DNA from: Phoronis australis
Taxonomy: Eukaryota > Animalia > Phoronida
Length of the DNA stretch: 64,000 bases
Assembly (NCBI GenBank): GCA_002633005.1
Contig: NMRA01000290.1
Span: 329,943 to 393,942, forward strand
Direction: 5' to 3'
The notes below the pieces were generated by a model that was not told the DNA's origin, made no database searches, and worked only from the letters and a program-made list of their open reading frames with translations. Of the stretch, positions 12,901 through 24,900 are shown one piece after another (the stretch's first letter is position 1; each line of letters starts with the position of its first letter). Position numbers and translations under genes: made by a program.

Positions 12901-15900
12901 CAAACCTACACTTGCAGTCGTGGAAGCACAAGGACGGTGTTTTTGGCATCGACCACCTTCTCTTCCGCCTGCTGTCGCCGTAGTCGATCGAGCTCTTTCT
13001 CGTGCTCAATCTCACAGAAGTAGTTAATAGCCTCCACATAGGTGGCAGTGCTGATGATGCCCTTATCCAGAGACTGTTCAAAGGTGACATTCAACGATTC
13101 AGGCGTTGCGTGCTTCTGAAATTATCAAAATAACAACCGTGTGACCATGCTGTATGTTTTTAACAGTTAACTTTTTTGGCATTTACGTAAACTTCTAAGA
13201 TCGCTCACTGAGGAGCCTTTTGGACTAAATACATCTCCACGAAAATACTCTCATCAGGTTCAAACATTCCCTTCCGATGATTAAAAAATTCCTTTCAAGG
13301 CTAGTCACTTTTAACTCTCAGAGACCTTTGGCTTCAGAAGGTTTTATTAACTGCAACAATCACTTCACCCTCACTCCCTACCAGTATTTACAGCCGCAGT
13401 GTGGCAAACAGAATGGATTAATCTATCGCACGTGCAGGGGTTTGTTTCAATACTATTTTAAAAAATATATTTTGTCAAGCAGTACTACCTTCAGCTGGTA
13501 TATGTAGACTACAGAAATATGGCGGAATCAGAAACCAATGTGGAAATTCTGATTAACATACGTAGCGGCTGCATTCCATATAATTAACTGAATTCACTTA
13601 CAAATATGTCCTGCATATCATGTATTATTACAATATCTTGGAAATACAAAAATACTAAACCTTATGAGGATTACTAGTTATAATAAGTTCTTCACCCTAA
13701 AAATTAACATATGAATACAGGTCACGAAAAGCATATTCAACAGAGATGAAAAAACCTAGTGAAATGTAACAAAGTAGAGTTGCTGGCTAATAGTACAAAA
13801 AGATGTTTGCAAAATTTAAAAGTTAACTCAATGAACAAACTCAATCACTAGTAGTTGTGACAACGTGCATTATTTTAGTAAAAGTCATTTCATATCAATC
13901 ACGGACCTACAAGGGGGTGGGGTAGCATTATATGATCAAAAGTAATTTAAATATACAGTCACACAACAAAGTTCAACAATTTTATAGTTCACAACTTGAT
14001 TACCGCTACGAAAACTTACAAATCAGCTGCCTGTTTCATCAAAGGTCGTGTACCTGGTTGTATCGAAGTCGTATGTGATTGCAAATGCAAGAAGTGTATT
14101 GACAGGAACACAACAGCACATAACAGCAGCTAAACGATAATTTGACTCCAATCCTTATTCACATTTATCAACTCTAACCATCTAAATGAAATACGTGTCA
14201 ATAAAAAAATTAAACATACGACTGTAGCCCCTTTCATACCAATAGAGCATTTGACCCTTGATGAGACAGAATCCAGGCTTTCACACCCCAAAAACAGAAA
14301 CTGAAACATCCACGTACAACAAAAAGATGCAAGTCGTGTCGCAGTAAAAAAACATACGGCGACACTTCAAAGGATGTAAAATCTCACAAGTGCATACCTG
14401 GACCTGATTAAGAGCAATATCGTGCATGAGTTTGGAGATGTTGTTCACGTTCTGCAGCACCATTTTGTACCTATGTTGGTATGTATGCTACAGTGGAGAG
14501 AGGGGACGGGAGAGAGAGAGAGAGAGAGAGAGAAGATGGGTTACATAAAGGACTACGACAGCGGGCAAAGGCTACACGATACACTAGAGGGAGACTGCGC
14601 ATGCTCAACAACCAGCGTAACTGTAATGTTGGCAATGTGTAGCACCTTTTATATGAAATTCATTCTCAGAGCATCTGTACCCAACTAAATGTTTGATGAA
14701 ATAGGTTGGGGACTGGTGGAAATGCCTTGAAAGCGACACTGTCCACGGTGACGGTGTTCTTACTCAGATTGCATTGTGCTTAGTCGGTTCCCCGTGGTGT
14801 GAAAAGGTCCTGTCTTTTTCATCGCGATTTTGCACTGGTCAGAAAAAATAATTCAAGTTTTGAAATAAGGAAAATGACATTCATCATTTTCTTTCACTGG
14901 ACAATGATCAGGGTAGTCGTCAGTGGTGGTACATCTTATTTGAATTGTCACACATTCATGACCCTCAAAAAGCATGCGCAGTCTCACATTAATACATAGA
15001 ATGACATGATCACACGTTATCAAAAACACACTTTATGGTACAGGGAAACATATGGCATGATTATACCATGTTGAAGTGCCACTCAAATGTCATTGTGAGC
15101 AAAGGGTTTTTGACCCACCCTTCCACAAATCATGCCATTTCTTAAGAAATAAAAACAAGCACACAGGTGTGAACACGTTCAAACCCCAAAACACCAGATT
15201 TTTTTAGTTTGGGGAGCCTATTTACCAACTTGCCACATTGCTTTTGGCGCCTTGTGACAACCTACGCCGACCAACTTTCAGTACACTACTACATTTGGTA
15301 GTTCTACTGAAGACTAATTCTAACCAGAAAAAAACGAGTGAGGGCCACGTTGTAGCCACTGGGGGGGTAATACAAAAGACGGCATTTCTGATTTTGAAAG
15401 TTGCCTAGCATAATGGGTCTTTTGTGGCTTAAACGTTACCAAACACAAACAGTGAGAAAAGCCCAAAAAGCACAATTCATTTGGTTCTGGTCGGTGAATT
15501 GATGCAGTGGTGTGGTATGTTTGGTGGCTTACTTTTTAAAAACAAAATTCACCCATTACCCACTAAAGTAATGCAGCAATGGTTGTTTTTAAAAACAATT
15601 CACCCAACTAATATCCTGAGGCAATGTCATTTTCTTTTTTTACAAAACTTCACCTAACATGTTGGTTTTTAAGTGGCATGCAGCTTCAAAAGTGATGTGG
15701 GTTCAGACCATAACCAATAGAATGCACCATGCTAGCAGATCATAAAAATGTTACAAAGAACACAATAAACACAGACATCTAAGCTATCATGCACCAACTG
15801 CAGATTAAACAATATTTTGGAAATGACACACAATTAATCATCTAATCAGGCATTAACTGCATTAAAATATTTTGATAGCATTTAACTAAATCAAAAAAAT

Positions 15901-18900
15901 TGAATAATACTCAAAATTACCACAGGTGTACTATGAAATAAGACTGAATTTTTAGTTATTATGCAAGTGTGAAAAGTTGTGTAAAAATGGCATTTGTTCC
16001 AGGGAAAAACAAAAATCCATTAAAAGATAACATTTAGAAAATCAGAGGAATTTGTACAACACCTGGAAGTTCAACATATAAAAAATAATTATTTGTAGAC
16101 GTTCTGGTACATGTTTGCAGGCCGCCCAGGTGAGCCCATTGCAAAGTTCAACATAAAAGTAAAATGTAAAAATAAATAATTTATAAAAGAAGCTGAAATT
16201 GCAATCCATAAGTCGTTGGAATTTAGTTGAAAATATTAAGTTGTGAAAAAATATGCTGGTAGAGCTTTAATTACTGAAATCAATCAATCAATCAACAAAT
16301 GTCTACCTTGCCTGACAGTTGATACATGTTGAAAAACACATAGAGGTCTCTAGCAGCTAACTACAAGGGAACAGAGGTTGGTTAGTTCTACAGAGGAAAT
16401 CACACAGGGAAGGTTTACAAGGAAAGAATGTCAAACTTTTAGAGATCCCTTTAGTAATCACAAATGATCACTGAATCAGATTGATCAATGCAGACAGTCT
16501 CGTAAGCAAGTAAGACACTGAGCATTTAAGTTTTCTTACTTTTTTGATAACTACTGTTTAAAAAGGTAAGGTTGTCATGGTAACCTAAGTTTCATAAAAC
16601 AACAATTATTGTTTCATTCTTCAGCAATGAAACTTTTGATAACTTTCACAATTAATTTTCAGTGAAGCAGTCACTTTTCACAAGATGCCACTTTAAGATT
16701 TTGATCTCATACTAGAAAACCATGAACAAACTTTGGTTGATTCACATTATTCACTTAGTTATCGTGGTATCACTCCATGTACGGTAAAAGGTTGGTTTTA
16801 ATGTATTTTTCGAAAAAAAAAAATTCACATTTTACCAGAGCAAAGAATTCAATATACGGTACTGAAATCTAAGTGATCTCAACATGACTGTGTGTGGCAA
16901 CACATCTCAACATGACTGTGTGTGGAAACACATCTCAACATGACTGTGTGTGGCAACACATCTCAACATGACTGTGTGTGTGGCAACACATGACAAGAAT
17001 AGAGTGGCTTTTGCTGCATAAATGCTCTTTTGTCAATTTGAAATTCTTTCCTGGTTAAGGTTAAGCAAAGTGCACATTGGTTATTAAGACATGAGATCAA
17101 ATGAAACAATTAACTCTATCTAAGTTGCTGTTTGTCTGACTAGACACCGAAATGAACCAAGTAACCCTAACTAAAACAAGGTATTGAAAAGTTTGACTAC
17201 TTAAGGTGTCAAGCATCAGTTAAATCAACCCAGTGGTAAACCCTAACTAATAGATGGTGTATAAGTGGCTGCATATTGGTAAACATGGATGCTTTCCATT
17301 AAAAGCAGGGGGTAACTATAAACAAAAACCCTAAAGTCTACATAGTTTTATCAACAAGTAGCACTATAAAAAACATGCCACAAACCTTAGTCTTTTCCTT
17401 CTTTAAAATACTTTTGTTAACACGTCCCGAGACTGCACTGCCCCGTTGAAGTTTCTCCATGGCGTCTTGGATGTGAATTTTAAACGAGGTTATCCACCTG
17501 GAAATGATTTCATTAAGAATGAATGTCGGTCCACATGCGTAAATTTGGGCCTACTCACCAATGTCCAACACAGTATATTTTTTCAAAACAAGTTAATAAA
17601 GACAAAGACACTTGTGCCCAACCTTTAGACACACAGAGGTGCCTCCAGATTTCCTTTGTACACACTAGGTATATACAGGGCTCAGAATGACCAATGACAC
17701 AAAAAGAGGAAAATTTTCCAGGTGATGCACCCATCATTCCACAAATGAACAGGCATGTGTGATAGAAATATTTTTTGTGTTGTAAAATTTAAGTGAAGTA
17801 AACATTTTTGCATGAATAAAGTAAAAATAACAATAAAACTGATGAAAGGGGAGAAAACTAGGAATCAAATAAGAGAAAATCGAAACCAAGAAAGACGAAA
17901 ATTCCAAGCCCTGATAGACCGGGTAGTAAACCAATTTTTGTCAACCCACATACCATTTTAATAACTTACGAGTCATGTAACTGCCCTTTAGTTTTGCTCA
18001 AGTATTATAAAGGCGCATGTGCCCAAATTCAAATATAAGGGGTTAGAGCAGTTATACATTTCAGCAAAAGGAATTTCACCTTTTAGGAAGGCATTACATA
18101 TGCAATAGATTCCCAGTAGAACAAAGGCATGGAATGTACACCCACATTTTCTACTTCAGTGAAACAGTGAGGAGCTGAGAGAGTGAAAGATATTTCACAA
18201 ATCTCTAACCGGGAATCGGATACAATACACTCGGATAACAACACGATGGCACAAGAAGCATAGTATCTTGATTATAATCTAGTGCAGATACCAGAGAGTA
18301 AACATCGGCAGCGAGACAGACTTGTGAATTCATGTGTACAATGTTGCAGCAACAATGGCAAGACACTCGCATATCTCAGTGGAAATGAGTACAATCTATG
18401 CGTTCTCAAAAGAACATCTCAGGTTACTATGAAATTTGCCATTGTACCAAATCATAGCATTTTTTATCAATGACTTCTGGATCATTACCCTTTTGTTTCT
18501 ATGTCACCCTTTTAAGAAATTGAATACAGAGAGGCACCCTTTCATAGGAAAATCATTTGGAAAAGGCATAGTTTTGGTGTCCATGGAAAAAAACACCCAT
18601 GTGAGCAGCAAGTCCCGTATGCACGACCAACTGAAGTAGCCCCTGACATGCATCCAGTAGATACAAACACAAAACACACCAAACGTTTACTGTAGACAAC
18701 AAACAGTGTCCCTTATCACTCACTTTTCCAGCCACTGGCTACAGACTTTCTTGACCCTTACTTTCCTCTCTGGTCCCTCAATGCTCCATACGTCCCAATT
18801 ATCCATCTCCTTGGGAAAGTAGTCGTTGGGGTCATTGACACCCATGAAGTGGAAGATCTCCATACACAGTCGCCTTAGCTCCATGGAGCCATCAACAAAC

Positions 18901-21900
18901 TGCGCCATCAGTTCCATAACAAACTCCTTAGTATTCAGTTGCATAACATTTAACAGATTTAGACACTCGATGATAAACTGGCCATCCAATGGATCACCAG
19001 AGGAGGGTGGGTTACGCGCCGGGTTGAGAGTCGCCAGTGTCGTCTTGATGACAGAGTTTCGTGTGTTATTCTCAAAAGTTTCCTCTTGGTACAATTTTTT
19101 GATTGCCCCCACGACTTGCGGTTTTAAGCTTCTGTCCGCCACCTGGACTAGCCGCAACAGCATTTGTACAAAAGCATCCACAGTCCATGGCTTGGGAAGA
19201 GTCTGAAAAGATCGGGGAAAAGTTGTTGTCTTTGCAAGTCGTAAGCTGGAGAGCTCCATACGCATATAAAGTATCAACAGTTTCTAATTGGACGAAAAGA
19301 ACGACTGCATTTTTTGAGCCACTTAGACAAATAACAATAAAGAAGAGAATGGCCATTAAAAAGCATCATGAACAAAAATTGCAACAAAACAAAATTATAC
19401 AAAAACGCCCCGAGCAAGGTTTGCATTGAAAACTTCATGATTGTGTTTATGAAGTGTGGATATCCTTATTATTCACCAGTGCCTCTATATCATTTGTGTT
19501 CTCTAGTACATCTTTCTAGGAAATAATTGCAAGCCTGTCATGTGAAAGCAATTTCAGCAATGAAAATGCCCCGTACAAAAAAGTTCGTGAAACTCCATTA
19601 ACTCAATATGTACTTATGAATGAAAACCATGAGACACCCCAGTCTATATTTCAAGCCGACGGGGATGAATGGAAACAATCTCATTACATTTACCGCGTAA
19701 GCATGGTGAGCACAAATTTGGACATTTATTAGAAGCATTACGGTATCTTGTAGCACTAGCAGCGTTACAACTGCACAATGCACACTCAGGTAATGGTTTG
19801 GCACCTTTAACCTCATGTAGGAAATAAAGCATTCGTGCATCCTACCTCAATTCAACATGAACAAAACAAGAACTATTACAATTCTAAATGACAACTTGAA
19901 CACAATTGTGACCATCCTACTACAGGCTGCCTTCCACTTGAAGAAGGCCAGGACATAACAGTAACCCAACTAGGAAACTCAGTGATCCTTTGAGGCTGCA
20001 GCCGCTGGCGCACATGGTGTATCAGGGATCTGGCACCACATGGTCGTTTAACAAATATACCCAACTGTCGCAACCTGTCATACATTTCCTGAGGAAAACA
20101 ATAGAACTAGAGATTTCTTTACTGTCATGGGAAAACAGGTTTGGAGGAAGTTTAAGAAGCACACATGTAAATCCAGTTTAAGCCACGCAACCACTAAGAG
20201 TTCACTAAAAACTACTTTTCATTCCAATAAGCTATCTAAAAAATACAATAAATTAGAACTAAGGCTACTCATCTCTTCAAAATATGGATCAAAAAGTTTT
20301 CCGTATCATGGTGAAACTATTCATGCTGCTACAAGGATTATCCAAGACATTTACGTCAAGAATTGTACTAGAAAATCACAAGGCTAACAAGTTGTTCCAA
20401 AATCTGATCTACTCAGACGGCGCATTTCGTGCATATTTATTATGCTTATACCTTCTCGAGGCTTAGCCGCCTACCATCCCAACGTTTGTACTAAAAAAAT
20501 TACCACATCGAACAATAGGCCAACGAAGTTTGAAATATATGGGCCAGTGAAGATCGAGATAATTCTACAATGCTTAGTCAGTGCATCACTCCGACTGAGG
20601 AATTTCAATACAAGGGAGCATACCAAAATACCTATTGCCCATGCATGGAGAAACCAGATGAGAAACGGCATTCTTGTGCCACACTGAGAAATTCGTTACA
20701 GCAGCTTCAACTCACATTATGGTTGCAATTTGGAAAGTACTTGTCAAACCACACTTCTCCCTTGAACTGCATGATAAAGTCAGGAACAGGCGTTGGCTCC
20801 CGGGGTGGAGGAGGGGTGGGTGTCGGGGGTGGGGGAGTTCGCTCCCTAGGCGGGGGTGGTGGCGGTCTAGAGACAAACTTGACGATGGGCCGCTGAGGCT
20901 TGATAACTCTCTTTGCTTTGGGAGGCTCAGGCACCGGCTCCTCCTGAGGGGGCTCAGGAATCTAGAGAACGGATTGACCAATAGATGTCAGTAAGGGTAA
21001 CAAAGTTCAAAAGTTAACAAAATAAATGCATTAATTGTTTATTAGAATGTGTTCAAACACAACCAAAACAAATGTTTGTCATAGACAGCAGATGCTATAG
21101 ACAACAGTCTCTGTCTGATGTTGGAATAAATGGTAATCGTTCTACATGACATTGATCATATTAATTTAGTGTGCGCAATACATAGCCTCAATTTAGAATA
21201 CATACCAGAACAACAAAGCCATTTGAACATATTAGAACATGACTGTTTCATAGGACACAAATCAGATTATATCAAATGCAAGACTGATAGTGTCAAAACA
21301 ACACCTATCATAGATATGCATAACCATACCACTACTGCAATGTGTGTGTTTTCATTTTGAAAGTGTGCAAGCTTGTGCTCATTACAACAATGAGTGGTGA
21401 CATTAAAACAAGCTGAAAATCAAAGACGGTAAGTAAATGTGAAAAATAAAAGTGCTGAAATACTGCTGCTGAAAATAGAATTTCAAATTTAACTCAAACA
21501 ATGCAAACATAATGGGTGAATGGCTACCACTAGGTGGTGCTAGTGATGAAAAGGGACTAGAGTGTTGGTAACAAAATAAAAGGTCCCTGTGATCTGAATG
21601 CTTTTCTACAAGCAAAACTAATGTTTTATGTGTGCTACCAAGTGAATTTCGAGTTCAGCATTGACATAAATCGACACAACAAAATTGCCTGTAAAAGGAC
21701 TTCAAAGAAATGGCCACATAATACAGACACACAAATAGTGCTAAAGTACACCAATTCTCAGGGAGGATAGACAGAATATTTCAATGACATCATAAGCAAC
21801 AAAAATGCAAACAAGCAAACAAAATTCAACATAACAAAAACAGCAACCTGATTCCTCTGAAAAACAGAAAAAATCATTTTTAATTAAATACAACACTTAG

Positions 21901-24900
21901 CTGTGGCTTTTATGGAAAACTCTTAACTTTAATACAAAATCACCCTATTAGATCTTTAATCTGACAGCTAGGAGTGTTTCAAGAAAGGCACCTTAAGTTG
22001 GCCGAAATTTGGACTTGCACTCCACACCACTATTTCTGAAAATAATAAAAATCTCACAAGAAAAAAGTGCTAAGTTTCCTAGAATATATATGTTACTGCT
22101 CAGAGGCAGTTTCTATAAATTATTTCTAGACTGTGATGAGGTCATAATTACTTGGCTAAACCTTTTTTCAGGTACTGTGAAGTGGAAGTGTGAGGCCAGA
22201 TTTCTGTCTTCAAAATCTTAAGTCACTTCATGAAACAGACCCCAGGTCGTCTGTTGTGAAAACTACTTTTGGTTATAGTTTTATGTCAAGTACTGAGGAC
22301 TAATTAACACTAAAAATATTGCTAAGGTTAGAAATGGTCTCACATGTCTAATGTAGAGATTTGATAGAATTTTAACAGGAAGACCAATTATGATCATTCC
22401 CAGAATAAAAAACAACAACGCAAAAGGATGCTTCTACGTGACCAATGCACACAGTGAAGAAATCTCCACAATGGCAAAGCAGCAAAAAAAAGCTGTTACT
22501 CTGTTTTAAATACACCATGAAACACAACTTAGCAATACCTTTATCATGACCCCATCATCACGCAATGACATGCGGCTACGATTGCTCCGCGGCGACACAG
22601 AAGGCAGCAAAGTATGTTCTTCACTGAGAAATTCTTGTGTCTATAGGCGACAAGGGGAATAGGAAAAACACGACAAGAACACTTGAAGTTCACGTGCGAT
22701 CAACAAAACTTAACAACACACTCCAAATCAGACCAGGCAATGTGCTAACTAAAAGTACATTTTCCTATCAAATTTAATCTAGCAGTAGGAAACCATCTCT
22801 CAAAACTTTAAAGAAATTGCCCAGGTATCTTCTCGAGAAAAGCCCCGACTCATAGGTCAGTGACATCAACGATTTCATCATTAATATTTGACTAGAAAGA
22901 TCCTGTTGCACCAAGCTCGATCTTGGAATGTCTAGCATGTGTCAACATCCTGACAAAGCAAGCTGGAAACAGACAGAAATGGGCAACTTTGGCTAAAAAC
23001 AAGCCTTGAATATAACGCTGATCACAGGTTTGTTCTCGGACTATACCATGCTTTACTAGTCAATTCCAAATACCTGTTACTTTCATTTTCAAGATAGTAC
23101 TTACATGTACTTTGGTGTGATGGGACCCTAAGCCCCAAATACACACAGGCAATGGAGATTATTTTTCTTTTAACTGCATTGCTTAAACCTTGGCCACAAA
23201 TGCTCGACTTACAAACTGGTGTCGGCCCTGTTTTTTTGCTATTTTGTATGGCCTCTTAAAGTGGCCAGTCCAAGAGAATACAGCGTTCCAATACCATTCC
23301 ATCAGAGCGATGGTATTCTAAGATTTTTACATAGTACCCTTTACGAAAACCCTCTTTGCAGGGCGGACACATGGATGCCTTTCAAACAATTACTACGCAA
23401 AAGATTTAATTGGATAGAGGTCAGTTGGTGATGTAAATTAGCCTCAAGCAGTTCTTGAGATAGCATTCATAGAAATGCTTCATGGTCAGAGATTCCTATG
23501 GCCTTCATAGGAACACTGGAATTGGTTCATAAGGAAATCATAAGGTGCTCATAAGGCAGAAGTACATAATTCCTGCATCTACATCTTTCTTAAAGGTATA
23601 AGCCAACTGTGCACCATGCAAATTTTCTGTCGGTGCAAGGCTTTCAAAGAGAAAAAATCTGACATGGGACCCGAAGGGAAATGTGTATTTAGGGAAAGCC
23701 AATGAAGCAAGCAAAAACATCATCTGTTTCAATAAATTTTCGAGAAGATGAATCCGCAGACACAAAGAATTTTCAAGAGTTAAAGACAGCAGCCATTTCC
23801 CCAATAAAATATGCCAAAGATGGAAGTAGTTTTTTACGAACGGCACCCGAGTCTCACAAGCTGAACATAGGGATACAACTGAAAAACATTAAAATTTTCT
23901 CATGAGTGCCTAAAGATGTTCCTGTGACTTAAAAAACAGCGAACCATTTTTTTAGAACACTGTAAGAGACTATGCCCCCTCCACAAGAGACCTCCCATCT
24001 TAGGAAGTTGTAGGAAGTGGGCGATTAATATGATCCCATTGTTTTTACAAATCTTTGTGACTGCAGCCTTAGAGAATAAGTGTTGTTGGCTTCACTAATA
24101 TTTCAAATGCAAATTATTTATTTTTTAAAAAAGACGAGGAAAATTCAGAAATGTGGTAATTAGGCACAGTTGTCTACAAACAGCATGATTACAATTCAGG
24201 GAATTTCATCTACAGCGCTGCTGTCATTTTTTAAATGCATTGTGGGACTGTTGACGGCTCGTGACATCACAGATAACTTGAAACAATGACAGACAACAAC
24301 AAGTGTCACTTGCGCGCACTCAAAATGAATGGGCGTGGGTACAATGCGACATACCTTTTAGTGTGTGTACGACTAAGCAACCATAGGACAAAAACAAGAG
24401 ATTGCGAGTCTCAAAATTTGTCAAATAAATACTTGATAGATTTGGACTATCAAACTTAATCTTTTGTGAGAAAGATTCTCAAGCATGCACCATTCAATCA
24501 CATCAAACACAAAAACCTATAAATCAGTCCGTAGGTTATCTACGGTGTCACTGTAAGCTAATGAGCCGACAACCATCACGCACTTGAAATAAGACAGCAG
24601 CACCCTAGATGAAATCTCCTAAATTCGGTGAGCCACTTTTACTTGGGAACCCAAGAGAGCCAAAGCAAATTAGAAACTCCAAACTGACAGCCTGAAGTGC
24701 CGAAGGAAAACCCAATAAGACAGCACGAACAGTATTTCTATATCACCTTCAGCTAATAGATTTTTGTTCACAAAGTTTTACCTAAGAGAAACATATTTGT
24801 CTACTGGAATTGATGATGCAGTGAAAACAGCATGTGTATACTTTTAAGGCTATTTCAGAACATACGATACCAAGTGTAACAAAAACAAACAAAAGATCAA

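Noticed and set aside
16571-16584. RFX X-box-like GTTGTCATGGTAAC (similar at 43005-43018)
   Set aside because: Deep intronic, far from the promoter and in repeat-like sequence; no support for function
16877-16991. 28-bp repeat array resembling CRISPR repeat length
   Set aside because: Units are contiguous with no unique spacers, there are no cas genes, and the context is a eukaryotic intron
18826-19206. 126-aa + strand ORF (and similar + strand ORFs at 20570-20994)
   Set aside because: Antisense shadows of WDR97 coding exons
20452-20470. 19-nt AG..GT segment in a WDR97 intron
   Set aside because: Poor polypyrimidine tract, and it would frameshift a phase-0 junction
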